In this document: one piece after another, positions 1 to 13,719 of the stretch | How the letters are laid out: each line of letters starts with the position of its first letter | Numbering within the stretch: position 1 is the stretch's first letter | Origin: Podarcis bocagei | Lineage: Eukaryota | Length of the DNA stretch: 64,000 nucleotides | Assembly (NCBI GenBank): GCA_964188305.1 | Contig: OZ076889.1 | Direction: 5' to 3' (one strand) | The notes under the pieces: generated by a model | Databases searched by the model: none | What the model was told of the DNA's origin: nothing | Seen by the model: only the letters and a program-made list of their open reading frames with translations | Made by a program: the position numbers and the translations under genes

Positions 1-564
1 TGCCTTTGGCATAAAGAAGGTCTTATCTTTCCAATTCAAGAGATACTGGAAGAAAGGAATAATAAAATTCAAACACTAAAACTTCACAGTCCTCTTTGAA
101 GCAGTTTGGCTGGAACGTCGAACCACTGGTTGCACCATAGGAGAATGAAAGGGGGGAGAGTTAAATGCAATGAATTATGGTTAAGAAGGCCATAGCTTTA
201 TTTGATCATATGTAAAAATAAAAAGAGGTACTCTATGTGGTCATTTCAGGTCAAATAACCAACCCCCTGTAGCTGGGGGTCTCCGTAAAAAAGAAAGGGG
301 AAATGCCACATTTTCAAACAGCATGATTTAAAAAGGCAGCTTTTGAGTTCATTACAACTCTGAAACTGGGAACACTTGTAGGTTTTCATTCCAAGCAAAA
401 GTATAAGAAAACAAGAAAGGAGTTTCCTTTCTTACAAACTCCTGTGAGCTGCCCTGAGTGGCATTTAGAGAATAACACGGAGTGTTTAAAAAAAATTATC
501 TGTCTGGGAAGACTGTAAGGAATTCCTATTGTAAGGAAGATTCTGACAGTAAGTGCTATTTGAC

Positions 565-699
565 AGAGGAACAGACTCCCATCAGAGGAGGTGGGTGGCC
601 ATTGGTCATGTGTGATCTAGTTGATATTCCTGCATTGCAAGGGTTTACACTAGATGACCTTGGCATCCCTTCCAACTCAACAATCCTATGATTCTATGA
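565..699 (+). mobile_element. CR1 3' end fragment
   Basis: ttcctgcattgcaagggtt...ctagatgacc...cccttccaactc...cctatgattctatga, same 3' UTR as the other CR1 copies. Confidence 0.8.
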
Positions 700-999
700 A
701 ATCCATAAACCAGTGTGATAAATTGGATTGGGTATCAAATCCCTTTTACTGTTCAAGGCAGTCCATATACCCGTGGTGGAGCTGACAGACAGTGTAAATA
801 AGCTGTGTTGTGCCATCCCTCAATAGCGGGTGGATGAATAGGGGTGAGCGCTCCATCTCCCACACTTTGGGGGCCCCATACCTGGTGCCAGCAACCACAG
901 TTGATGAAGAGTAAGTTGGGGAAAGAGTCTGCAGAAACAACAAAAATTTTACTGGAGATGGTATCAGAGGCATATAGTCAATGCAGAGGCATAATGGGC

Positions 1000-1225
1000 T
1001 GGTAAGATCTCACTTCAGTCAGCAATTGGGCTGCAGCATTCTGCACTAACTGCAGTTTCTGTTACCAATTGCAAGGGAAGACTTACCTAGAGTGCATCAC
1101 AGTTACCCATGCTTGGACTACTTTGGTCAAGCTATCCTGGTTTAGGAATGGTTGCAGCTGTCATACTAACGGAAGCTGGTTCCTAGTCACCAAGGTCACC
1201 TGGGCCTCCAGTGATAAGGCTGGAA
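1000..1225 (-). mobile_element. Old L2 RT fragment
   Basis: Reverse complement resembles the decayed L2 motif region (L.TV..ALVT / QLVQNAAA). Confidence 0.5.
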
Positions 1226-2194
1226 GAGCAGACACACATGCATAGGATCAAGTTTTCCATAATAATAATACCCAAGAGGCAAGTGACTGAGGCAAGTGAC
1301 TGAATGTGTGTGTCTCTCCTCAGATGTGTGCAGGTCACACCTCTTTTAAAAAACAGATTAAAGGCAATTTAAAAGAGAAGAAAAGAAAATGATGACAGTA
1401 AAAAAAAAAGTTCACAAAACCTAATTGCTCATTTTGCCCTGGATAAATTAAAAATTCCTGTGACCTCTTCTGGGGTGGGTTTCAGAAAATAAGGTAAGGT
1501 GTTTTCAACAATTTTTTATCTGTCTGGAATTTCCAAACCATGAAGCCTTTGAAGCTGCAGCCAGCAGACTGCAGTCAGTTGTAGTCAACCGTTTATCAGA
1601 AAGACTCATAAGTACATTGCTGCCTTTTGAGTCGAAACTTTTCAAGTAACAGAGACAACATGTGGCATAGTTTATTGGTATAAAACTCTAAAGTGTGATA
1701 CATTCTTTGGTACATTTTGTCTTGCAACCTAGACCCCAAATACATTACAAGCATATATGAATATGTTTGCACGAAGAAATCCTTGTAGGTATTATTATTA
1801 CTATTATTACCAGTTTTATATTAGGCAGCACAGATTAGGACAGACAGCTGACAGGACAGAAACATAATTATACAGTTTCCATCATTCGCTAAAGACTTGC
1901 TTCTTTACCCTGGCCTTTGATTTTTGTGAGACCACCTCCACTGTCTGATGTAAATTCTTCGGTTTGTTTCAAATCTTTTTATGGGATTTTAATATTGTAA
2001 CCTGCTCTGGGGCCTTGGTGTAAGAAATCTGTTAAATAAACAAACAACCTGATCATTAAGATCTTTCCATCCAGTTCCATCAAAAACCACTAACCTTGAA
2101 TGACACCTTCCCTTTATTACACACCTTGGGCCCCTCGAGACATTCTTTTTATTCTGCATTCACAGTGATTTGTTCTCACAATGGTATTGGGGTG

Positions 2195-2333
2195 GTTAAA
2201 TGAAAGGGACCCTGAGGGTCATCTAGTCCAACCCCATGCAGTGCAGATGGTCATCCAAAGAAACCTCCAAAGGACAGTCTACCCCCTCTTGTGAGAGTCT
2301 GTTCTACTGTTGAACAACCCTTACTGTCAGAAA
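2195..2333 (-). mobile_element. CR1 3' fragment
   Basis: gggtcatctagtccaacccc...gttctactgttgaacaacccttactgtcagaaa is the reverse of the CR1 3' end. Confidence 0.7.
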
Positions 2334-3703
2334 ACATACATTTAAACTTTAAAGCACATTATTTCCCCCAAAGAGTCCTGGGAGTTGAAGGGTGCTGGGA
2401 ATTGCAGCTTTGTGAGGAGTGAACTACAGTTCCCAGAATCCGGAGGGGGTGGCATAATGTGTTGGAAATGTATGGTGTATACGCAGCCCTGGTCAGTGAA
2501 GCATAACTTTGTTTGGCTTTGATGGCAGAAACTCTTCTTCACAAAGACCAGGCCTTGGTTGAAGGAAATGATGTTCATTTCTAGGTAGAAAGAATTGGAG
2601 TTAAGTCAGGTTGTGTGTTCTAATATAAACTTAGCCCTCACCAAACAACTGTCGGGAACTGGATCACAACAGTTCACAAAGCTCCTGACCCCTTTCTGAA
2701 AAGGCTTGGCAGATTTAAATCAATGTCAGTCCAAAAACCATCCACATGAAGGGGTCCTATTATCAGACCAATCACCACCTCCTAATTATGGGGAAAGAGG
2801 CAAGGAGTTCAATGCGTGCGTTTTCTTTCCGATTGGATTTTGGCGGAAGGTTGCCTTTCGCATTGTTCAGAAACATTTTGGGCATAAAATAAAAGAAGGG
2901 GACTAAACCAGGAAATGATTCATAACCTCCTTAACCCCCAGTTGTATAAAGAGACACTTTTCTGACAGCTGCTTAGAAGTACACAACATCTTAGGACAGG
3001 CATTTAACTTGCAGGCCACTGTGAAGCTTTGGGTTTTGACAGGAGCTAAATAGCTTAAGGTTACAAGTTGTGCTGCAGTTTTTCCCTTTGTGTAATCCTT
3101 TAAGGCCATGTTTTCCCCAAGTACACCAGCTGTGTGTCTCATTTTCCATCATGTTCCTCTAGACTCTTAAGAGCTCGTATGGTTTACAAGGTACTGTATG
3201 AGAATATAGTAGAGGGACCTGGGTTCAAATTCCAAGGAAACCATGCAGGTTACTAGGTAACCTGACTCTGTTGCTTTCTTTGAGTCTAATCTACTTTTCA
3301 GGCTTATTGTGAGGACAAAGTGGTGAGAGGAAACCATGTAGACTGACCTGAGATAGGCACAGGATAATAATGTAATAAATGGTTTCCTTCCAGAAATATT
3401 TCTGTTTGCACAGCCTACATCATCACATGGCATGCATGAATAAAACCTGGATTTGTGCTATTGCACCTAATTCACAAGGAAAGAAACAAATTGGCCCAAA
3501 GAGACAAATGGATGTACAACGATAAGGTCCTCCACTGAACATTACGTCAACCACTAAATCACACTGGCTATAGGCCTGTAAGAATGAAAGCCTAAGCACA
3601 TTAATGATGGTAGGGAACATAGGAAGCTGTGTTATACTGAGTCAGATCATAGCTCCATGGAGCTCAGTATTTTCTATATTCAGTGGTAGTGGCTTTTCAG
3701 GGT

Positions 3704-4268
3704 TCATAGAATTGGAGAGTTGGAAGGGACCCCAAGGGTTAACTAGTCCAACTCCATTCAATGCAGGACTCTCAACTAAAGCATCCATGACAGTTGGCAT
3801 TGAAACTCTGCTTAAAAACCTCTAAGGAAGGAGAGTCCACAACCTCCCAAGAGAATTTGTTCCACTGTTGAACAGCTCTTAGTCAGAGCCATAAGGTACA
3901 CATCTCCTTTCTTGTAACATAAAGCCATTGGTTCGAGTCCCATGCTCCAGAGCAGGAGAAAACAAGCTTGCTCCATCTCCCATGTGACAGCCCTTGAGAT
4001 ATTTGAAGGTGGCTATCACATCTCCTCTCAGTCTCCTTTTTTCAAGGCTAAACATACCCAGCTCCTTCAACCATTCTTCATAAGGCTTAGTTTCTAGTCT
4101 CTTGATTTTCTTGGTTGCCCTCCTCTGCAAATATTCCAGCTTGTCAATAACCTTTTTAATTTGTGGTGCACAGAACTGGACACAGTATTCCAGGTGTGGC
4201 CTGACCAAGGCAGAATAGAGTTTTACTATTACTTCCCTTGATCAGGACATTATACTTCTGTTGATGCA
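3704..4268 (-). mobile_element. CR1 LINE 3' fragment
   Basis: [14 protein letters not shown]...[10 protein letters not shown] on the minus strand, with the CR1 3' UTR and tail at about 3704. Confidence 0.92.
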
Positions 4269-4733
4269 TTGAGGGATGGCAGGGCCTATTTACACTGTCA
4301 ATGTCCTATCTTGGGCTGCAGCTCCTTGGGTTGCAGGCATCTTTCTGAACCCCACCTGAAGATGCTGAGATTGACCCTGGGATCTTCTTCTGCATGCAAA
4401 GCAGATGCTCAGTCACTGAACTGTAGTCCTTCTGCAAGGATAAATTTGGGAATATTGCACTGCAAATGTTGTTCATTATGCTTATCTTCCTTTTTTATAT
4501 ACATAAAAATGTAAGACAATGATCACGCAGTACTCAGTCAAGGATTTGTAGTGGTGTATCACAAGCTTGTGTTTGCATGAAGTCAAGGTGGGAGGATTCT
4601 TCCTGTTTGAAAGGCTGGCTGGATGAAGTAGAGAAGGAGGAGCCTTGAAGCAGTCCATCAGCAGTTTGCAGCTGGACAGCAGACTGAGTAGGCACACAGG
4701 TCACTTGGTCACAGTCTTCACTACCATGAAATA

Positions 4734-4973
4734 TACGGCACCAGACCACAAGACGCACCTAGTTTTTGGAGGAGGAAAACAAGAAAAAATATATATTCTG
4801 AATCTTAGAAGCCAGAACAGCAAGAGGGATCGCTACAGTGAAAGCAGCAATCCCTCTTGCTGTTCTGGCTTCTGGGATAGCTGCGCAGCCTGCCTTCGCT
4901 CCATAAGACGCACACACATTTCCCCTTACTTTTTAGGAGGGAAAAAGTGAGTCTTACAGAGCAAAAAATATGG
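4734..4973. mobile_element. Second copy of the 62775 MITE, inverted, one end partly deleted
   Basis: Near-identical reverse complement of 62775-63010. Confidence 0.85.
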
Positions 4974-5960
4974 TATTTCTATTTTAACTCATAGGAATGA
5001 TTTCTATTCCTAGTTAATTTATAGGAATGAGTTATATACTTGCACCTATACATATAAATTAGCAGATGCAAATCTGTGTCGGCTTTATTTTTTCTTTTCT
5101 CCTTTTCTGTGACACATAAGTGGGCACCCTTAAAGTTCCGGAGGGTTCATTCACCCCACCCCTTCTCTCTTGCACACATTTCCACGAAATTTCACAGGTC
5201 CTCACTTGCAGTCTCTGATTTGAAAATGAAATGAGGCCCCAGAGCAAAATTCAAACATGCCTTGCTATTTGTAGGATGATACGTCATGTTTCCATCTATT
5301 TTTGCTCTTGTTTTCTCCTATCCCCCCTTTTCTGCAGTCAGACCACCAAGGTGGTGCGAAGAGCCAGCAACTCTCTGTGAGTTTCTACTTCATGTTCTGC
5401 TCTGCTTAGCCTTTTGAAAGGGGTCTCAATACAGGGCCTTGTTGATACCTCCACTGGTGCCGCTGTTGATACAGGGGATCATTAGGAACAGTTTAGCCTG
5501 AACAAAAGACTTTTTGTTTCCATTGTCCTCCTTGCAATTTGATGTCTTAACTGAAAAAATCATCTTAATTGTCCAACAATATATATTTGCCTACGGGGTT
5601 CAGAAAACGATAAAGGGGGGTGGGGGTGGGGATCTTCCCACTGACTGCTGAAAAGTGGGGTAATTTATGCTGGAGAGCTCTGCCATATAGGGAATAGAGT
5701 TTTAATGTATATCATGCTAAAAATCAATTTGAGCTTTGCAGTCAGGATTATACGTTGCGGTTGTGCATTATTATCGTTATTAATAATCCCTCACATAAAA
5801 AGCTCCTTGCATGAAGTAAATTTATATGTTAAGGTAAATGTTGTGCTAAATCTTTGTCACTGATGTGTTAAGGTTTTTTAAGCTGCTGGGGCCAAATATG
5901 CCCCAGCCTAAAATGTTATATACATTTGCAGGAATGTTTTCACACAACAGTTTTCAAATA

Positions 5961-6184
5961 CAGTGGAAGCTTGGTTCTCGAACTTAATCCGTTCTGGAAG
6001 TCCGTTCGACTCCTGAAATGGTCAAAAACCAACGCGCAGGCGCCCTGGAAACAATAGCCGACAGCTGCATTGGACGTTTGGCTTCTGAAAAACGTTTGAA
6101 ATCCAGAACACTTACTTCTGGGTTTTTGGTATTGGGAGCCGATTTGTTTGTCAACTAAACTGTTCAAGAACCAAGGTTCCACTG
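5961..6184. mobile_element. Tc1/mariner MITE
   Basis: TA|cagtggaagcttggttct...agaaccaaggttccactg|TA. Confidence 0.85.
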
Positions 6185-9083
6185 TATGGGTCTGGCATAG
6201 CACACTCCAGTCTTATCACCTAATTACAGTGAATTCCACAAAACTAGGCAGATCCAATGTCTGGTTTCAACATGAATTCTGAAAGAGTACAGTGGACTGC
6301 TCCTTTCTAAGCTGCACATGGAAGACGACATTTTCTAATGTGCCCATATTAACAACAACAACTCTATGCAAGTAAAAAAACCTAGTACATCAGGGAGAAA
6401 TATTCTACCTCTTCACCTCCCTTTCCTTTTGTGTGGTGCCTTTTAGATTGCAGGGACCACCTTATTTTTAATTCTGTGTGCAGCACTTAGCAAATTCTGG
6501 GCACCATTCAAGTGGTATGAAATAAATAAGTAATTAAATAAATACCGCAGTAACTGTGTGTTACTCAGCTCCTTGATAACTATGTACAGGATTGCTCCGT
6601 AGAGACATGAGTGAGATTTGCTGGTTTTTATGATTGACTAAGCAGAGGAAATGGGCAGACACATCTAGGTAATCTCTCAGTCCCTGAAAATATAGTAGAG
6701 CAACATGGTTGTGGGTGACAGGAAAAAGACTGAACTGTGGTTTTGGAAGTTTGGGGCAATTGTGTAATTAATAATGGAATACAAATTAATCAATGCTTGA
6801 TCCCTGCCAAGTAATTACACAGGATATGGAAGATTTCCCTTGCTAGTCAAAAGCACAATGATTAATTAACTTTATTCCTCCTGCACCCTGCCCACGCACT
6901 GCCTGTACAGATTGCATGCTACTTTCTATGTAGCAAATTAGTGAATCAGAATGAGCGCCAGGTTGATCCTACACATGCAGCCGAAAAAGAGAAGGGTCCT
7001 GAGGTGAAACGAATGAGCATTCCTCTTCCTGCTGCCAATGTGCAAAAACACTTTTGAATGCTCCTAGGTCCATGGCGAAAGGCAGCTCAACAGGTGAGCA
7101 GAGCCCATAGGTCAGAGGCAGGGGGCACTGACGCCTCTTCCAAGTGACCACTTGGGGCAAGGGGCTCCCTTTGCCTAATGGATGGGCTGGCCCTGAATGC
7201 TCCCACCAAATAATAAACTGTAAGAAGAGGAAAAAATAGCACACTAGTTGGAATGGTTCTCTCCAAGCTCTTTGTGCTAGTTTTCTACCTGCAGGAATTT
7301 TGTCTTTTTAACCACAGAGCATTCAAAAACATGGTTCCTCCCACATGCTGTTTGATTGGACAAGTCAATGCCCCCATTTCAGCATTATACCACCTTATTC
7401 TGCAGCTTGTGAAGCCCAAGCCTAAATCTTTCTTCCTGATGTTCTAGTTTTCTACATACTGGGAATGAGTTCTTCTATTAGGAAGAATTTGAAAAATGCA
7501 ATTCAGAATCAACCCTCTCACTCTGTGCAAAGTAGCTGAACTGTGCCCTTACCTAAACGGTTTGGAGCAAGTCACTATTTCTTGGCTTCAGTTGCTCATC
7601 CGTCTATGTTTGTGTATATGAGTGGGATGTTCCTCAACATCATTCATGCTATTAAAGGAACACATTTCAGTGATCTGCCTGTCTGTGCTTTGCACTGCAA
7701 TGAAGTTCATCTTGGGACATGTCTTGCCTAGAAATACAAAACGCTACAGAAATGTGGAAAAGTTGTAGTTTCATTTAATGCCAATTACGATTTCTACCTT
7801 TCCCCTGGTTGTGCTCTGGTGCCCAGCAGGAGCTTGACTCATAGAAATTGACCACCTTTCCCCCATTTTTTTTCTTTTTACTTGCATGCCAAGAAAAGCT
7901 TCAAGTATTATTTGTTTGTATTTATTTCAGATGTGCTACTTAAGAGAGGCACAGGAGCCTCAAAGGTGTAAAAATAAAAACAAAGATGGCAGCCCTATCT
8001 AGAGTTTCCAACATTTTTTTAAAAATCAGTCCCTGCTCCTTTAACAGCACCTTGGCATGCTGGCATTAGCACAGAAAAGTAGTAATCTCATGCTGTGACA
8101 GCTTTACTTACTGATTTCTACAGATCACTAATGGCCCCAGAGTGTGCCAGGCCAGGTTTTTTCAGGTCAGTTGGCAACCTTACCCATGGCAGATTTTCCC
8201 ACAGTACAGAGAGCTACAAGGGGATACCGTTCTGTAATGAGTTGCGGGTGTGTTATAAACCTGCTTAAAATAATTATGTCGTTACCACAAATCTCTTAAT
8301 TGTCATAGAAGACGCAAGACCCATGCAGATTATTTCCTACACGATTGAGGTTGCCAGTGAAAAAGAAACTATCTGATAACTGTAATGTAGGAACCAGCCC
8401 AGGGGTAAAAGTGGAGTTTCAGTTTCATTTGGAAAAGGACTAAGTAAGAAGAGTTGGGCGGCTTCGTATCCAAAAATATAAGAACAACAAGAGGCTTATC
8501 TGACCAAGTTGTGCAAGTTTACTTGCCTCCATAAGCCTGACATCAGGACTGCAGCCTTGGTGGTGATGACCAGGTTCCCATCAGGCATATTCCAAACATC
8601 TTCCGGTGCAAATGTCACTAATGGATCAAGGCGACTTCAGCTGCCAGGAGGCAAGGCCTGATCTCAGATGTGCTTTCAGATTAAATGGCCAAGTAGAAAA
8701 GCATTTTGAGGGTATTTGTTGCTGTTACTCCTTTGTCCTTCAAAATAACCATATCAATGTGCTTAATGCAGGTCAACAAGTCCCCTTTAGGAGCCAAATT
8801 ACCAGTAGATATTGTGTCACAGAACTGCTCTAGTCACAGAGAAAGGGAGGGCAGGGCAGGGCAGGAGTCTGATTTTGAAAGCAAAAGGGTCATGCAGGTG
8901 AGGAGTGGGGAACCCTTTCCTTGCCATAAATAATCTCGCTCTAGCCTAGCATTCCTCACCTCTACACCACCTGGGACTTAAAAGTGATGCTGGCTGACAT
9001 TGTTTTTTTAACTGCTCTCCCTTATTCTGCTTTTCTTTTTAAAACCAGATTCCCTACATCTTCCTTTGGGGAACAGCCTAGTG

Positions 9084-9309
9084 CAGGGATGTCCAACTTT
9101 CAAGAGACTGTGATCTACTCCCACTATAAAAACACTGGCAGTGATCTACCCTTTAACCAAAGTTGTTGAGCTTTTTGGGGGAGTCAGACCCAAAGTCTCC
9201 CCCCTTTTTTGGGGGGAGCAATACATTAGGATCATGGGATCAACCACAAACGACCAGGAACACCCCACGATTGACTGGTAGATCACAATGCACCTGTTGG
9301 ATATCCCTG
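9084..9309. mobile_element. hAT MITE
   Basis: TIRs cagggatgtccaac / gttggatatccctg; perfect TSD gcctagtg at 9076-9083 and 9310-9317. Confidence 0.9.
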
Positions 9310-11543
9310 GCCTAGTGGTTCAGCATACAGAAGGTTCAAAGTTTAATCCTCAGCATCTCCAGTTAAATGGTCAGGTAGCATTTGGTCAGGTTTGAAAGAC
9401 CTTTCCAGAGATTCTGGAGAGTTGTTGCCAGGCAATATTTTGCTTGACAGACAGATGACATGCAAGGCAACTTCTTAAATCTCTATGCAACTGGGGTGGC
9501 TCTGTGCTTAGAACACACAGAACTGCTGCCATCACATCTGGCTCATCCCTATGCATACCAAAGGAAAAAAGATTTGCAGAGCTAGTTTATAGGCCTATTT
9601 AATTGCTTCTAACAACAGCCACTCCCTGTATAGAAATGCTAGGAGCCACACCGAGGCTGGTGCAAGAACCTTGAGCCTATTCTCCAATTTTTTTTTAATT
9701 TGGTAAATTAAATTTCCTTTACATATATTAGACTGTTTGTATTTAGGTTTCGCTCCTTCAGTTATTCATACCCACTCTTTTATTTGTTTAGCCTGGGCTG
9801 CAGGCCTGTGTAGCATCCATCTCTGAGCACTGAGCTCTTCTTTAGACCGATCCTTTACATTGGCATTGGAATTTAACTTCTTTGGCACAGAGTGGGCTTG
9901 GTTGACCTCCACAGCCCCTGCCAGAAGCTTCAGAACACTGATCCATTTGTGGCGTCCTTTGATAAAGTGGGCCGGTCCCATTTTTGCCTAATCCCCAGAT
10001 CCATTTACTGCCTTTGGAGTTAATTTTGCATGCAGATGACCTTAATGAGCCTCTGGCATGTGCTTCCTCAATTTGCATGCATAGTATGCATGACAACTCA
10101 CCACATGGGGATGGGCAACTGGTTACTTTGCTTTTAGGAAGATTCTTTTTTTTGGGGGGGGGAGGGGAAGGCCCGGGCTTCTCTTCCTCAAAGTGCAACA
10201 ACAATTAAAAAAGACAGAAAGAAGTAGAAGCAAACCTCGCAAAATGTATGAAAAAAAAACAACAAGAAGAGATGAGACTCTGGAAGACACAACAGCAAAA
10301 GTTGCTGATCTTGTCATATGACCTAAGTGGAATTCTGCGGGAAAGAGGCACCCTGGGCTGGATGTTTATCTCATGGAAGAATCTGGAGAAACAGCTGCCA
10401 GCACACAGGTTGCTTCATCCTGGAGGAGAGGAGAGAGGGCCAAAAGGAAGGCAGGAAAGCAGAAAAACTGGTTTCTTTCTGCTGCTCTGGGATGAGATCA
10501 TGGATCTGTAATATTCCCAGCAAACTGTTTTTATTACATGGGAGCTTAGGAGCAAGGTGCATTTCCCACATGGGTTATTAACAAACGTGGAGGTGTTCAC
10601 GCAAGGTTGCAAACAACCTGGGAAAGTTGCAAATTAAAAATAAACAAATGTATAAACATAAGCCTTGAGGAGAGGGGTGCACAAGTAATACTTTCACAAA
10701 CCTTCTCTTGGTTATACATTAATGTGACCATTCTATATTACCTAAAAACGATTCAAAGAATACGATGTGTCAATTCTGAAAAGTTTAACAGGGCTGTTGT
10801 AAGTAATAGCTTTATAGTTGTTTTCTTTTTTAAAATCTTTCTTGAGATGTAATGCACAGTGTCTGTAACTAAAAGTATTGTGTGGTGTGGAATACTGAGT
10901 GAGACCATTGGTCAGCCTAGTTCAGTATTATCTACTTTTGGCAACTCTCCTAAGCTTTAAAACAGGGCTCCTTTTTAAATAAAAAATATTATTAAAACAA
11001 ACAAGGCTCCTTTTCTGGAGATGCCAGGGGGCAAACTTAGGATCTTCTGCCAAAAAAGCATGCAATTTACTGCAACCCCTCCCTTATTAGTACTTTTTGG
11101 GTAATAAACTATGGTTATCACACTCCCTTTCAATGGTCATACACTGCTACATGAGTGGCAGTTCAGTAGTAATATTTCCAAATGATTGGTCATGACTACG
11201 GCTGCTGACTTCTTTTTTCCTTGGATGGCTTTTGTCATACCTGCAAAACGGGCAACAAAAATGAATAGGTTAAACTCTTCACATCTGCATCTCTGTGCAG
11301 AAAAAATAAGAATTATTGTGGATTCCACACTCTCCGGCCCGCAGTTGTTAACCAGAAATTTGGAGTGGGGCAAATGGTATGTTGAACGTTGCAAGTCAAT
11401 GGAAACCAACAAGACTGAAGGCAAGTAGCCCAATGTGATTATAAAACTTAAGCCATATTGTCAACCGGTTATCAATCATTCCAGTGCATTTTGTCATTGG
11501 CATAAACTCTGGAAACAGGAACGCAGAAAGTGCCCTAGACCAG

Positions 11544-11842
11544 CAGCGGTCAGCAAACTTTTTCAGCAGGGGGCTGGTCCACTGTCCCTCAGACCTTGTG
11601 GGGGGGGCATACTATATTTTGAGGGGGAAATGAACGAATTCCTATGCCCCACAAATAACCCAGAAATGCATTTTAAATAAAAGCACACATTCTACTCATG
11701 TAAAAACACCAGGCAGACCCCACAAATAACCCGGAGATGCATTTTAAATAAAAGGGCACATTCTACTCATGTAAAAACACAACTGGATTTAGAAGGGGAT
11801 TGGGTTGGATCCGGTCCCTGGGCCTTAGTTTGCCTACCCATG
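11544..11842. mobile_element. hAT MITE, same family as 30572, with an internal ~68-bp tandem duplication
   Basis: Shared gaacgaattcctatgccccacaaataaccc...cacattctactcatgtaa; the ccacaaataaccc...catgtaaaaacac unit occurs twice. Confidence 0.82.
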
Positions 11843-13021
11843 GACCAGATCATGCACATAGCTATCAACTTTTCCCTTTTCTTGTGAGGAATCCTATTTG
11901 GAATAAGGGAATTTCCCTTAAAAAAAAGGGAAGCGTTGACAGCTATGATCATACCACTGGCTCATTTAATGTCTCCTCTCAGTGGTGGCTGGTGTCCACT
12001 GCGGCTGGTTGGGTGTAAGGCAGGAGGCCAACAGTAGGTGGAGACAGAGCCAAGGACAGGTGCAGCTATAGCAAATGACAGGCAGATCCAACTAACTCTA
12101 GTTTTGTCTCCTTCTTCTTCCCTTCTGAGTTATACAAGGGGAACACAGACTGAGGTGGGGGAAGCTGACAGCCAGTGCCACCTGCAGGACTGGTTGTACA
12201 TAGGAAGGCAGGAATTGGAGACTTTTGAGAAATGAATCCTGAAGACAAAGGGAAGAAACATACCCAAAGGGTCGGGAAACACCTGCCTTTAACCTTGTTT
12301 AAGAACAGGTGAGCCCTGCCAGCAAACCGCTTGCAGCCTAGTCATGACCTGCCAGCGAATCACAGGAGTGTTTTGGCTGGGTCACCATCACCTATAATGG
12401 CTGCAAAGGGCAATATGGAACACAAAGTGGATTTGCTTCAAAGCCTAGGACATGAGCCAACAGATGAACCCTGAATAAAGGCAAACTGTCAATGGGTGTA
12501 TCCTTGGCTTAGGGAAAACAGTATGAGAACTGCTAAATATGGGTACTGACTATGGCTATCTTTACACAATTATCTCTTGGAAGCTATTTTGGCTAGGGAG
12601 CTGTTAGCAAGCAAATCAATATTCATCAAGATCATTAAAAAGGTCAAGGCAACCGTAGTAAAAATGTTCAGTTGCTTTTGGGTAATTGTGTGGCTTTTAC
12701 ATTCTTGCCTCATCATGTTTTGTCTTCTCTTCCCATGCTGAGCAAAGATACTATAGCCAGGTTAGCTGGGAATAAAGTTAGCAGCAACTTTTATACTGTG
12801 ATGGAGGTCTATTTGCCAGCTTTTTGCTCTGGAGGGCCCCTCCAAACTGTTTTTATCTTTTTTTGCTGGGTATTCTGAAACATGTCCATGGCACAAAAGT
12901 AATACATTAGTGGAGGACTTATACTAGACCACCCATCCATCATTCTGCATTATTCATTGTTCTTCTCAGCTTTCCCCATGCTACCAATAATAATGGGGAA
13001 AATAATTGTAAAATCCCACTA

Positions 13022-13271
13022 CAGTGGTACCTCGGAAGCTAAATGGAATCCGTTCCGGAAGTCCGTTCAACTTCCAAAATGTTTGGAAAGCAAGGTATAG
13101 CTTCCAATTGGCTGTAGGAAGCTCCTGCAGCCAATCGGAAGCCATGGAAGCCCCATCCGATGTTCAAGTTCCAAAGAATGTTCGCAAACTGGAACACTCA
13201 CTTCTGGGTTTGTGGCGTTCTGGAGCCAAAACGTTTGACTTGCAAGGTGTTGGGGATCCAAGGTATGACTG
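13022..13271. mobile_element. Tc1/mariner MITE
   Basis: TA|cagtggtacctcgga...ccaaggtatgactg|TA; internal ccgttccggaagtccgttc shared with 5961. Confidence 0.82.
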
Positions 13272-13484
13272 TACTTTTGTGGTATTAAAAGTTATGGGAT
13301 TTCAACAGGAAATTATAGGATATGCACTGGTGGGAAACGAAGCTATACAACCTTCCCCAAACTTTTGCAGACATGAACAATATTGAAAATTGGATTGTGT
13401 ATGACTGCTCCAGTAGCATAATGAGCACAAATAATCATGAATACACGTAAGAAAGGTGTCTGTAGAGGCCTCTGGACTCTAGGC

Positions 13485-13719
13485 CAGGCTTGTCCAATTT
13501 CCAAGAGACTGCGATCTACTCCTACTATAAAAAAACTGGCAGTGATCTATCTGCTGGATTGACCAGTTTTTTTTTTTTTTAGGAAGTAAAAGTTGTTGAG
13601 CTTTCTTTGGGGAGGTCAAAGTTGTTTTCACGGGGGAGAGGTCCCAAGATCTACTGTGATCTACCACAGGCACCCCACAATCTACCAATATATCGCGATC
13701 TACCTGTTGGCCATCCCTG
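13485..13719. mobile_element. hAT MITE, same family as 9084
   Basis: Shared internal caagagactg.gatctactcc..ctataaaaa; TSD ctctaggc / ctctaggt. Confidence 0.85.

Noticed and set aside
11640-11785. CRISPR-like direct repeats
   Set aside because: Two adjacent ~68-bp units inside a MITE, with no spacers or cas genes, in eukaryotic DNA.
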